A stretch of DNA of 64,000 nucleotides from Lama glama (Eukaryota), in NCBI GenBank assembly GCA_028534125.1, contig CM052816.1, positions 49,974,001 through 50,038,000 of the forward strand. The letters are read 5' to 3'. This document shows, one piece after another, positions 51,151 through 64,000 of the stretch (position 1 is its first letter; every line of letters starts with the position of its first letter). Position numbers and translations under genes: made by a program. The notes below the pieces were generated by a model. It was not told the origin of the DNA. It did not search any database and saw only the letters and a list, made by a program, of their open reading frames with translations.

Positions 51151-51289
51151 CACGTTTTAAAAAGTCATATAATTTGGTTCCATTTCAGCAAAAAAAAAAA
51201 GCATTTATATTTGGCTAAAATGTTTGGATAGGTATGCAATAAAATAAAAAAAATAATCTCTGGTGGAATTGTGGATGATTGTATTGATT

Positions 51290-54200
51290 TTTAACATTTA
51301 TTAAGGTACAACTGACATACAATAAACAGTACATGTTCAAAGTGCACAAATGATAGTTTCCATGTAAATATGCCTGTAAAATCATCACTACAACTAAGAT
51401 AATAAAAACGTTTGTCACCCAAAAAGTTTCCAGATATACCTTCGTAATCCTTCCCCTAATCCCTCTTCCTCATTCACAAACACTGGTCTGCTTTCTGTCG
51501 CTGAAAATTAGTTTGCATTTTCTAGAAATTCATATAAATAAAATCATTACTATGAAGTCTTGTAAAATCTGGCTTTATTCATGCACCATTAGTTTGAGCT
51601 TCATTTATGTTGTTGTGTATATCGATGGTTCAGTCTTTTTTATTCTGAGTCGTATTTCAGTCTGGATACCACAATTTGTTTATCCAGTCATCTGTTGATG
51701 GACATTTAGGTTGTCTCCATTTTCAGACTGCTACAAGTAGAGCAGGTATGAATATTCATTTGTAAGTCTTTATATAGACATATGCTTTCATTTCTCTGGA
51801 GTAAACAGGAGTGGAATGGCTGACTATTATGGTAGGTAATGTTTATATTTTTATTTAATCAACAGTCAAACAGTTTCCAAAGTGATTATACCATTTTACA
51901 TTTTCTCCAGCAGTGTGTGACAGAGTTCTAGTTGCTCCACAGCCTCTCCAACACGTGGTATGTTTAGTCCTATTAAATTTAGATATTCTAATAGTTATGT
52001 AGTGGTATCTTGCTGTGACTTTAATTTGCATTTCCATAATAACTAATGATAGCATCTTTTCATGTGTTTATATTCCATCTGTGTATCTTCTTTAGTGACA
52101 TGTCTTTTCAAATCCCTTGCACATTTGAAATTAGTTTTTATTTGTTTTCTTGTTATTGATTTTTAAGTATTCTTTATATATCCTGGATACAAGTCCTTTA
52201 TCAGATATGTATTTTGGAAACATTTCCTCCCAGTCTGTAGTTTGTCTTTCCATATTCTCATCAATCTCTTTTGAAGAACAGAAGTTTTTGAATGATGTTG
52301 ATGAAGTCCATTTATTAATTTTTTTTCTTATAAGTATCATGCTTTTGATGTTGTAGCTTGGAAATCTTTATATAACCCACCATCCCAGACATATTCTCCT
52401 ATGGTTTTTTCCTGAAACTTTTGTAGGTTTAGATTCTAAATTAAGTTTAATAATCTATATTGAGTTAGTTTTTAAAATATATATGGTACAAGACATGGAC
52501 TGAAGCTCATGTTTTTGCATATGGATATCCATGTTTTTCCGCATCATTTGTGGAAAAGATTATCCTTTTCCTCCACTGGATTTCCTTTGTATCAGGCTGA
52601 AAAATCAGTTGACTATACATGTTTGATTCTATTTCTCTATGCTATACTCTGTTCCCTTTATGTATTTGTTTATCTTGCCATAATTACCACACGATTTTGA
52701 TTACTGTAATATTATAATGTCTTAAAGTCAGGCAGTATAAGTCCTCCAATTTTGTTCTTCCTTTTCTAAATTGTTTATCTATTCCAAGTAATTTGCATTT
52801 CCATATGAATCTTAGAATCATCTTGTCCACTTCTATGAATATGTGTGCTAGGATTCTGATTGGGAATGCACTGAATCTATAGATCAATATGGGAAGAATT
52901 GATATCTTAAAGGTATTGAGTCTTCTGCTCCATTAACGTATCATATGTCTCCACTTACTAAGTTTCCTTTACTTCGAGCGATGTTTTGTAATTTTCAGTA
53001 ATCAAGTTTTTCATATCTTTTGCCTGATTTCTGCCTCAATATTTCATATTTTTGAAAGCTACTATAAATGGTATTCTTTCAACTTCTGCATTATTCATTG
53101 CCAGATATACAAATAGAATTGATGTTTATACACTGAGCTTGTGTCCAGCAACCTTGCTAAATTCAGTTACCAGTTATTGCAGTTTTTTTGTAGATTCATT
53201 ATGACTTTTTGTGTAGACAATCCTGTTGTGTGGGAATAAAGTTTTAATCCTTCCTTTGCAACACTATCTAGAAACCTAGAGCAGAATGCTGAAAGTAAAT
53301 AGTAAAGGCATAGGTGTTTGCCTTGTTTCTGATCTTAGGAGTAAAGAATTCAGCCCTTCACCATTAAGCTGTAGGTTGTACACAAGTGCTCTTTATCAGA
53401 TTGAGGAAGTTCTTTTCTATGACTAGTTTATTGAGTTTTTATTAAGAATGGATTCTGAATTTTGCCTAATGTTTTTCATCTATTTATTGAGATGATACAT
53501 AATCTATCTACCTGTCTGCCTGTCTACCCACCTATCTATTTGTCATTAATCTAATCTACAAACATATAGTATATACTTAATATACTGATTACATTGATTT
53601 TCTAATGTAAAATAAACTTTGAATTCATGGAACAAATACCATTTTGTCAAATCTGTTTTATATGTTGTTGGATTAGCTTTGATTAAATTTTGTAAGTGTT
53701 TTTGCATTTTTGTTCATGAAGGGTACCTGATCTGTAGTTTACTTTTATTGTAATGTCTTTGGTTTTGGTATTAGAATAATGTTGGATTCACAGACTTTAT
53801 TGATAAACACACCTTCCTCTTCAATTTTCTCCAAGAGTTTGTGTAAATTTAATATTATTTCTTCTTCAAATATTTGGCTGAATTCACTGGGGAAGCCCTC
53901 TGGGCCTGAAGGGCTTTGCTGTTGTTGTTTTCATGGGAAAGTTTTTAACTACAAATTTAATTTCTATAATAGATATAGAGCTGTACAGGTAATGTAATAT
54001 TTCGCTTGTGCAAGCTTTGGTAATTTGTATCTTTCAAGTAATCTGACCATTTCATTTAGTTCACTGGATTTACTAGAATAAAGTTTTCATACTATTCCTT
54101 CATCTAGTTTATATCTATAAAATTTGTAGTGATATTACCTCTTTCATTCATGATATTGATAATCAATGTCTTTCATCTTTCATCACATTAGACTGGATAG

Positions 54201-54625
54201 AGGTTTATCAATTTTACTGATCTTTTCACAGAACCATCTTTTGTTTCCATTGATTTTCTCATTGTTTCTATTTTCTACTTCATTGATTTCTGTTCTGATT
54301 GTTCTTATTCTTTCTTCTGCTTACACTGGGTTTCATAAGCTCTTCTTTTTCTAGTTTCTTAAGGTGAAACTGAAGTCACTGACTTGAGACTTTTCTTCAT
54401 TTCTAATATAGGTGTGTAAGGCTATAAAACTTTCACTACATTATACTTCAGCTGCATCCCAGAAATTCTAATGTGTTGAGTTTTCATTTTTATTCAGCCT
54501 AAAATAACTTTTTTTTTTTACTTTTTCTATGACCCTTGGGTTATTTAGAGGTTTGTAATTTAGTTTCTAAATAAATGCATATATTCCACATTTCTTCTTG
54601 TCATTGCTTTCTAACTTAAATCTAG
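51290..54625 (-). mobile_element. Old L1M element (about 3.3 kb; decayed ORF2 and 3' UTR)
   Basis: Minus-strand ORFs give ORF2-like fragments (MIYRFSAFPIRI...FIWK; KNFCSSKE...TDWEEMF...ISDKGLVSRIYKE; EMQIK.TARYH). Confidence 0.9.
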
Positions 54626-57436
54626 CACTACCCAACATTTTTCTTATTCTAGGTTCCAATGTATTCCTCAAATATTTTTCATAAAACCTTTTAGCCCCCA
54701 TTTACAGATGTTTCTTTCATGAACAAACAGCTAATGAGAATTCCATGGCCTAAACATTCCACTTTGAATAACATCTCACACTTTCCCCCAAATCAGAAAT
54801 TCATCACACTCCTAAAAGCCTGTTTCTACATCTGTGACTTTGGCTTTTATGATCTCCTTGGGTGGCTCATTTTTTCCTGGCATTTCTAAACCTGAAATTA
54901 TGAAACAATCTCTCTAAAAAAAAGTACCAGAGATTCTTAACGACGTTCTTGCTTTGTGTGTTTAAGAGGCAAAAAGAAAAGGCCAAAGCAAGGTATTTTC
55001 AAAATTTAAGATTGTCCTTTGCATTATATTCAGCCCAAACAGATAAGACAGATTACTGGTGCCCAGAATATGTCCCATGTAGCCTTTCTTTTTTAGTAAG
55101 CTGAAGGTTGCTTCCTCAATTACTAGAAACTTCAGGGTGGTCTTTTAAAAAATAGTTCTTTGAAGAAAGTAGTGAACTAATACTACTGTAAATATAAAAT
55201 AATATTGGTCCTTTTACTTTGAAGTTAAGAAAGGATGAAGAGAAATTCAGTATTTTTTGTTTATTCATATAGAATTTCCTATCTCTGACTTTTAAGAGGG
55301 AAAAATTCTACATAAATCCAATGGAAGAAAAATTTTTTTAAAAGATGTGTATATATTTGGGCTTAGACTTAGCCAAGTTTAATTAATTAAATGCATGTGT
55401 GTGAGTGTGTGTGTATAAACTACTTGGTTTGCTTATTTTTATATGTGAATAGATGCATAAACACATTCTGCATTCTATATTGAAATCACTGTATAATAAA
55501 TTTAAAATATCTTTGGATATATAGTAAATAAAGAACTCCATCCAATTCTGAGAAAATTGGCCATTACTTAGCCTTAGTCTGCACATTTGATTCCACTTTC
55601 GGATCTGAAATCACCCCTCTGTCTTCTCTCCATATTATCCCCCATTACGGCTTGCCCTAGGCAAAATACTTAAGTAGTTGAAGTTGCTTTTATGGACGCT
55701 CCATTATCTTCGAGAGATTCCTTTTTCCTTTTTATTCTCTTGGTTGGTCAGTGAAAAAAAAGTGTATTTCAGTTGTGAGGCTTTTTATTTCCCTGAAAAA
55801 TATCCATTTAGGCAGCTCATCCCTCCAGGGAAACACAAGACAGGCTGACAGTATTAGCGATCCTCACTTCTCAAATGCCTGTAACTCTGGTCTTCAGTAC
55901 TACACTGGCTGTGTCATGCTAACAATTTGACAGTGAAATCAATCACCACTTAGCGCTCAGAGTATATACAGTTCTGGCGTTGGCTAAATCCAGTGACCAC
56001 CCACCCACCCCGAACAGGAAGGACAGTCAAACGAATTCTGTTACACACACAAAAATTCTTACCAACGGGGACTTTATAATTGGGACAAATGGCTAAGGGA
56101 CTGGGAGCAAATTTAAATTAGGTAGACTATGTGCCTATTGTAGACTGCAAATCCTTAAGGCATGCTCATTCTAAATGGCATTTTTGGCTGTATAAATACA
56201 ATGTCTCTACTAAGAATTGTACTTAGGCCTGAACACAGAACACTGAATTTAAGTTCCCCATGGTGCTACTGAGCTTTATCAGCTGTTGGCCAAATGGGCA
56301 CTGGTTAGCAAATGAATATTGTCATGGCCTTCAGCTTAGTCTTCTTGGCTTATGGTTTTGTTAGCAGAATTATTAATAGCTATTTCTCACTGTCCATCAG
56401 CAGGAGGTTTCCTCCTTCTGTCCACCATTGCCCTGGACGCATCATTTTCTAGGACAGTTGTCTTCCCAGTCTATATTAATGTCTCTCATTTAAATAAGCC
56501 TCCCTCAAATACCCATTATCCAAAAAAAAAAAAAAAAGGACTCAAATCTGCATCTGACAAATACCATCCCAGGAAATTATCCAAAATCATGGATGACAAC
56601 AAAAGAGGTCAACAACCATTTGCTTTTTCATGTGCAGATAATTATTGGAGAGAATCTGACTTGCCAATTATGCTAGTATTTTGAAGCAACTGCATTTTTC
56701 GATTAAGAATGAGGACTTCTTAAAGTGGGGCTGTGCCAATGCGCTAATGCCAGGTCCATTGTGGACACTGAAAAGTTCCACTTGTGAAGGGACCCAAATA
56801 AAGAATGGCAGGAACGATGCTGCTGCATAGAGATAGATGTGGCCTGTGCCTCAGAACAGGCAGCTAAGGTGGATAGTGCAATTCAGCAATCACTGGGATG
56901 ACTTCTTGGACAAAATTTCTCCCATTGCCTGATGTGTTCACTATGAAAGATAAACCTTTGAATCAAAAGCATTATCAGAGGAGCAAGAGATTATCAGAAG
57001 ACTATAGGTAAAGGAAGTGTTAGTTTCAAGGGGAAAGAGGGTCAGGACAGCAGGTCTGAAGAGGGAGCCTGAATGTACAGACCCATGCTTAGCTTGAATG
57101 TCCCAGACACCAGGGTTTTCTAAAAAGAGAAAGAGGAAAATGGAAACCAAGGAAGACATGGAGGGATACGGGAGCAAATTCACCTCATCCCATTTGGCCT
57201 GTTTTGTGACTCAGACACTCTTGTCTATCTAATATTTGTACTTTAAGAAAACCAAGACGATAAAAACACCATTTTGATATTTCACTTGAAGAGCAGTAAC
57301 AGAAAATGTTCTACATAAACACAATTCCAGAATTTTGGTATTTTAATACCAAAGAGCACAAATAAAAAGTTTATCAAATCCTCCTGATGCTTTCTCTCTT
57401 TTTTCTCTTTCCTCTGTATAAAGAATGAGGTGTTCT

Positions 57437-58776
57437 CTCCCTCACACCATACACAAAAATAAATTCAAAATGGCTTAAAGACTTAAATATAAGACATGAC
57501 ACCATAAAACTCTTAGAGGAGAACATAGGCAAAACATTCCCCGATATAAATTGTAGCAATGTTTTCTTAGGTCAGTCTCCCAGGGCAATAGAAATAAAAG
57601 CAAAAGCAAACAAATGGGACCTGGTCTAATTTATAAACTTTGGCATAACAAAGGAAATCATAAACAAAATGAAAGGTCAACCTACAGACTAGCAGAAAAT
57701 ATTTGCAAACAATGCGACTGACAAGGGCTTAATTTCCAAAATATACAAAGAGCTCACACAACTCATAACAACAGCAACAAAATTCAATCAAATAATGAGC
57801 TTAAGACCTAAACAGACATTTCTCTGAAGACATCCAGATGGCCAATAGGCACATGAAAAGATGCTCAACATCGCTAATTATTCAAGAAATGCAAATCAAA
57901 ACTAGAATCAGGTATCACCTCACACCAATCAGAAAGGATATCATTAAAAAAATCTACAAATGATAAATGCTGGAGAGGGTGTGGAGAAAAGGAAACCCTC
58001 CTACACTGTTGGTAGGAATGTAAATTGGTGCAGCCACTATGGAAAACAGTATGGAAATTCCTTAAAAAACTAAAAGTAGAGTTACCATTGATCCAGCAAT
58101 CTCATTCCTGGGCACATATCCAGAAAAAAACAAAACTCTAATGCAAAAATATAGAAGCACCCCAATGTTCACAGCAGCATTATTTACAACAGCCAAGACA
58201 TGGAAGCAACCTGAATGCCCATCAACAGATGACTGTATAAAGAAGATCTGGTATATATATATACATATATATATACACACACATACATATACATACACAA
58301 TGGAACATTACTCAGCCACAGAAATGAATGAGATAATGCCATTTGCAGCAACATGGATGGACCTAGAGATTATTATACTAAATAAAGTAACTTAGACAGA
58401 GAAAGAAAATTATCATTAGGATATCACTTATATGTAGAATCTAAAAAATGATACAATGAACTTATTTACAAAATAGAAACAGACTCACAGATGTAGAAAA
58501 TAAACTTATGGTTACCAAAGGGGCAAGGAAGGGGGAGGGAGGCATAAATTGGGAGTTTGGGATTAGCAGATACAAACTACTATATATAAAAAAGAGAAAT
58601 AAAAAGACCTACTGTATAGCACAAGGAACTATATTCAGTGTCTTGTAATAACCTATTATGAAAAAGAATATGAAAAGGAATCTGTATATACATGTATAAT
58701 TGAATTACTTTGCTATACACAAGAAACTAACACAATATTATAAATCAATTATACTTCAGTAAAAAAAATCCAAAAG
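57437..58776 (+). mobile_element. 5'-truncated L1 (about 1.3 kb) with degenerate 17-bp TSD
   Basis: ORF2-like STPMFTAALFTTAKTWKQPECPSTDD followed by 3' UTR and A tail. TSD AAAGAATGAGGTGTTCT (57420-57436) / AAAGAATAGGGTATTCT (58777-58793). Confidence 0.93.
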
Positions 58777-60780
58777 AAAGAATAGGGTATTCTAAAACAT
58801 TAAAACTGACAGATAGAAACCACAAAATAGTCATGAGGATAGTCTTCTAGCCTACATGATGGAGATTCATAGACTAATAATACAATGTGAGCACTGCTCT
58901 GATCACAGCAACTGCATCCTAGTTGGGGAAATTGAATGTCTAATCACATCAGTCTGACACCAAATGCAATAAATTCAATGGAATTTAAAGAGCTCCTTTC
59001 TGGTTTGGATTCCATAATGGTGAGAGATATTTGGGGATAGACACTTCATTTTATATACTTGTCTCTAAAGTATTACTGAATAAATACTTTGCATATGATA
59101 CCAATAAGTAGATATTTATTCTGCTGATGCATATGACTAACTAGAAATTTATGCTTTTGCTGAAAGGGTTATTTTGCAAAGACCTTCCTAAACTATCACT
59201 AAAAATGCAAATTGTAGTCAAGAGTTTCCTCACTGAGAGCCATGCTATTTGTCTCAGCGGGAGAAGCAGCAGGTGCATCCTTAGGCCGTTTACTACATAC
59301 TGAGAGAATATTTGCCAATTATGTAGTTTTAAAAATTGATTTTGACTGAACCAGATCACTGAAGTCAATGATTCAATGAGATCATTGTTTTTTCCTCATT
59401 TCCTGTGTTTATCTGCTTTTTAATGACCATTTGCCCTTTTTTACACCAGTTTTATTGTATACAACTTATTTTTAAGCAAATTTCCTCTTTTGTTTTATAT
59501 TCCAAAATACCTGTCACCTTAACTACCTTAACTTTCAAACAGCCAACATAACCTATTAACTTTTTTTTAAACAATGGCATTTTTACAGAATGAAATTCTT
59601 CCCTTGAAATTCAGGAATTAATCAAAAAACAACACACCCTTACAGATGTGAAGAAAATAAACATTATCCTGCCTTGAACTTCCTGAAACTTAAATGACCT
59701 TCTTTCGTTTTGTGTCTGTTTGCATACCACCTGCTCTACTATCTTTCCCCACCCCTGGGCCCAGCAGAGGGATTCAGGAAGGTTTCCTAAGTTCACTGGC
59801 TGACTGTCTCTAAATCGGCGGGGCAGGGCGGGGTGGAAGACAGGGCATATGCCTTGCTGACACTGCATGTGATGCACTTCAGTCAGCATTAGCAGAATGA
59901 AGAGGTGCCATGGTTGCCTCCGAATTCATTCATCGCTAGAAATTACCATCTGAAGTCCAGCAACACTGAACCTGCTGATTTCATGACTGGTATAATATTG
60001 CCATCTCAGATAAGAATTAAAGTACCTGGATTTCACTATCTTTGTCTCCTCTAAGCCAAAGGAGGCTTCCTTCCATTAGTCTGGCAGAAAAGGATAGCAG
60101 GGCTCAGAAAGCCTCACTAAGGTGATTCTATTTGACAGACAGGTCTTGCTCTCTTTTCTACCTTTTCACCACTAGTAAAAGCTGCTTCTTCATTTTATCT
60201 GTCAAACCTTTTGCTTTTCGTGACAGAGGTCACATAATCATGCAAGGAGTGCATCAAATTTAAGCAAATTTTAAATTAGCAAGTAGGAAGAAATGAGATA
60301 GATTGTTTGACCTCAGGTCTTGTTCTTTCCCTTTTTTGCCCCTATTTGACTACATTTTCCATCCCTAATTTTTGTTTCGACTCTGCGACCAGCGGTAGTA
60401 TAATTTCAAACAATCTCCAGAGTACCTGGTGAAGAAATCCATGAGGAAATGCTGATGAGAAATCAATTCCACTCATACGAAGCCTTCAATGACTTGTCCT
60501 GCGTCTATTTTCTATCAGTGTGAGAATATTCTATCAGTAAGACAGGCTGGGGACTGGAGATGGAGCTAGAGGAGGTAGACAATCAGCACTGAGAGTCCAT
60601 TTAAACGCCTGTAAGGCTTTTTTTGCTTTATGCTGTTCCACAAATGGGCTTCAAGAACTTGTGTGGAAATGCCTGCAAGAAGGTACAGGAAGTCGTATGC
60701 TCTTGGCCAAAAGTGGTCCTTTTATGTCAGAGCATATTATCTTTTCAAATGAGGAACATATTTGAAAGATAACAGGTTGA

Positions 60781-60984
60781 TTTGTAAATACTAACTACTA
60801 TATATAAAAAAGATAAACAAGGTCCTACTGTATAGCACAGGGAACTATAGTCAATACCTTGTAATGGCCTATAATATAAAGAATATGAAAAGGAATATAT
60901 ATATATGGGAATCACATGCTGTACACCAGAAACCAACACAACATTGTACATTGACTATACTACAGTTAAAAAGAAAAAGAAAGA
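60781..60984 (+). mobile_element. Short L1 3' end with 16-bp TSD
   Basis: TSD AAAGATAACAGGTTGA (60765-60780) / AAAGATGACAGGTTGA (60985-61000), with L1 3'-UTR motifs between. Confidence 0.92.
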
Positions 60985-61364
60985 AAAGATGACAGGTTGA
61001 GGTAAACCAGAAAAGATCACAGCAATCAACAGAGAAAATGGAGTAACTGAGTTACCCTAACAATTACCTAGTTAATTCTAGCACACCCTTGCATCAGTTG
61101 GGTTTAGAACCACAGAAATGCCAATCTTTTTACATATTCATTGAACACTCACTGAAAACTCACTGCATGTCCAGAGTATAAAGACTAATAAAGTATCTTT
61201 TTTGTCTTCAGGGGGTTTGAAGTTTTACAACACTGGCATGGAATCAAACACTTTTTGATGCTTCATTTATCATTTGAAAATTAAATGATTGTTTTTTAAA
61301 TTTGTATGAAATGTGATGATTTGTCCAATAGGTAAGTTGTGTGTGTCACATATCTAATATCTAG

Positions 61365-61458
61365 AGGGCTTCAGGGTATGGTTGCACAGGTTGTGTACTG
61401 TACAACACTGGAGGCTGCCACTTATCATGCAGTGCACAGACCAAAGTGAGTGGCCCTG
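61365..61458. mobile_element. MER91-like hAT-Tip100 MITE
   Basis: ggttgcacaggttgtgtactgtacaac...tgcagtgcaca...ggccctg, a quasi-palindromic element. Confidence 0.55.
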
Positions 61459-61874
61459 AGCTCCTACTGTGTGCCAGAGGATACTGTGAACACAGTTTAT
61501 ACCTTCTTGGAGCTTGCATTCCAGTTGTTATGCGTCCATGCAATAGGCTGGATTCTGCCCTTGAATCCCATAAAATATTTCTAGACCCACTTTAAGGTAT
61601 GTGGCTTGACAGTCTTTTGCTATAACTCGATATGAAAACTTATTAAATTATTGATGTGTTCCATACTTACACTGATCATTGAATTCACAGCAATATCTAT
61701 GTTAATCTGGCCTTCCTGAAGACTGAGTGACAATTCAGTACTAAAAGTTAACCTGATATCTTTAAAATTTTTTTACACTTTACTTTCATAAAAAATTGGG
61801 AATCTTTTCAAGTGTGTTATGCATGCATATTTAGTAAACAGAATACACAATATGATTAAGAAAATCCCTCTTAG

Positions 61875-62146
61875 TGGTGTGGAGGAAAGGAACCCTCCTA
61901 CACTGTTCATAGGAATGTAAATGAGCGCAGTCACTATGGAAAACAGTATAGAGGTTCCTTAAAAAACTAAAAATAGACTTACCATATGATCCAGCAATTC
62001 CAGCTCCTGGGCATGTATCTGGAAAAGAACCAAACTCCAATCTGAAAATATTCAAATGCACCCCAATGTCCATAGCAGCATTATTTACAATAGCCAAGAC
62101 ACAGAAGCAACCTAAATGTCCATCAACAGATGACTGGATAAAAAAG

Positions 62147-62178
<32 letters not shown>
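61875..62178 (+). mobile_element. L1 ORF2 C-terminal fragment ending in (TA)n(CA)n
   Basis: ORF 62066 reads [26 protein letters not shown], then a microsatellite; no 3' UTR follows. Confidence 0.9.
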
Positions 62179-62289
62179 ACTACTATCTTGTTTAGAAGAG
62201 TTGCTAGTATCAGAGAAAAATGCAAATAAGCATGACATGCAAGGCTTCTTGCCGCTGCCCACTTGTCTGGCCAGTGCATTCTGATCATC

Positions 62290-62725
62290 CTACTCTCCAG
62301 TCACATGCAGCTACATGAAGTCCTATGAGCAGCCCAAGCCTCTCACAGCTCATTTCCTTTGCATGTGCTATTCTAAAAGACTGCAGTACCTACTCCCCTC
62401 TTCTCTATCTTCTTCTTGTCTTTCAGATCCAGCTGAGCAATCACTTTCTTTGTGAAATCATTCCTCTTACTTCCCAGGCACCAGGGTTTGGTGCCTGCCA
62501 AGGCTGCTGCATTTCATAGCTCCAGGGGGAGCCATTCCCACTGCAGACTGGAGGGTCCCTCTTTCTCCAATAGTACCCTACAGAGATGCTTCTGTGCACT
62601 TAGCATCCTGCTCTGTTGTATCCCAGCCTCCCTGAAGGGTGACTGCTTTGGTATCTGAAGCTGAACTTTATTTCAACTTACCTGGCATCATCAAGTGATG
62701 CTCAAAGGATAATCACTTGAATGTG
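62290..62725 (+). mobile_element. L2 3' remnant
   Basis: ctttgcatgtgctattc...tctttcagatccagctgagcaatcac...ctccctgaagggtgac...cctggcatc...tgctcaaagga. Confidence 0.55.
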
Positions 62726-64000
62726 ACTTCACCTGGCACAGTACATAATTTAGGAGCCCTGAAATATGTCAGGCTGGTTTTTCCCTCTCTGGATCAGCTT
62801 AGATTGTTCACGTAGTCAATCTAGCCTTTTTTTTTTCTCTATTGTGGCCTCTCTGGCCTTTTTCCCCCTCTCTCTCTATTGTGACTTTCAGAGATCACCA
62901 TAACTTAAAAATCTATTAATCTATTAAGGTGATTTCTTGTGCTGTGCCTTGCATCACAAAACCAATTTGGAAACTTGGTTTAATGAGCTTAGCTGTCAAT
63001 ACTTGCCAAGTTAATTGGAGAATACTGTATTCTCCCTTTTTGTGCTGTGTAGACACAGCCTTTGGGGCTGGAACAGGCTTTGTTACTCATAAGCCAATGA
63101 ACTGAATTCTGATGAGATCATGCTTTGACGTAGGAAGTGGACCAATAGTAAACCTGCTTTGGGGTCTTGGAAGATATCTTAAAAGTGACAGCCAAAAGAG
63201 GTGGGGACTGCATCAAGCAGAGAGGAGAGAAGTTTCTGCGGCTAGAGATCACTAATGGATTTATTTTTGTTTTTATCATGACTTAGTACGATCAGATACC
63301 TCAGGAAATCAATGATCATAAAACTCTTCATTGTAGTCAGTAAAAAATCAGAATTGACATATATTTAAAATCTTTCTACACCTTCTCAGAGTCTGATCAT
63401 CGTTTAAAACATATGTGAGTTGCCTGATTTTTGTTGTTTGTCAACTAGTTTAGAATTGCAAGTGGGATGCACTGGGGAGCTTAGAGGTGGATTTTGCATT
63501 ATGTTGAAAACTTGTTACTGTCACATCTGTGATGCCAGCAAAGCTGTCTTGTAGACGATTTGCAGTTGTATTTTTAGATCCAGTGTCAGTACAATGGTTA
63601 ACTGACAGCTGTTGAAATTTTGAACTTTATAAAAATGCTAAAATTTTAAATGAAACAGAATCTTAAAATATTGTTTTGCTAGCTTAATTAGAAATATTTT
63701 CAAAAGCAAGTTAGTTGACAGTGATGTTATGATCAGTTTTCTAGCCATATAAACACTATTTCTAAATATCTTACTAAAAAAATTGTTTCAAATTATAAAT
63801 CCTGTAGCTAAGAGGTTTGTGTTTATTTAGTTGTGACTATGAGCTTGAGTCTAACTCATTTTTATGTAACACATCATATACGAAGAGAGTTGTTTTCCAT
63901 GGTTTTAAAGTGATGTAGAAGAATAATAAAAAACAGAAGTTGTTTTATTTTATTTGCCTTTATCTGTTTTCGGATTTGTTGTATGTTAGGAAATAGTGAG

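Larger units (their letters stand above)
32647..64000 (+). other. HAPLN1: HAPLN1 intron 1 (partial; continues beyond the window)
   Basis: Begins at the GT donor 32647. I found no exon encoding the link-protein signal peptide (MKSLLLLVL...) in the remaining sequence or the ORF track, consistent with a long first intron. Confidence 0.8.

Noticed and set aside
49572..62284. ORFs with [27 protein letters not shown] or antisense 'VDGHLGCF' motifs
   Set aside because: Decayed L1 ORF2 fragments or their antisense reading; not host genes and not an intact L1.
1..64000. A novel multi-gene or prokaryote-style system
   Set aside because: No operon-like or long coding sequence. The content is explained by one mammalian gene 5' end, its regulatory DNA and common interspersed repeats.

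Overview
Mammalian genomic DNA, probably from a camelid: it carries two tRNA-derived SINEs resembling the camelid Vic-1 family, plus cetartiodactyl-type L1 3' ends. There is a 500-N assembly gap at 15501-16000. I recognise the non-coding first exon of HAPLN1 (cartilage link protein) at about 32360-32646 on the + strand, from recalled similarity to the human 5' UTR. A CpG island (about 30900-31800) lies upstream, and the remaining 31 kb is intron 1. The ATG-bearing exon 2 is not in the window. I can support no protein-coding exon: the supplied ORFs are chance ORFs, GC-rich artefacts, gap-spanning, or decayed L1 ORF2 fragments. The rest is interspersed repeat (L1, L2, L3, MIR, MaLR/ERV LTRs, hAT and mariner MITEs) and unique, possibly regulatory, DNA. 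I see no evidence for a new multi-gene system. The best leads are regulatory or structural: a strand-skewed CpG island with antisense splice donors, twin MEF2-like boxes, a CG-rich Z-DNA-prone 5' UTR repeat, a solo LTR near the promoter, solitary poly(A) insertions, two local duplications, and a sense bias of young intronic L1s. Repeat family names are from memory and need RepeatMasker/Dfam confirmation.
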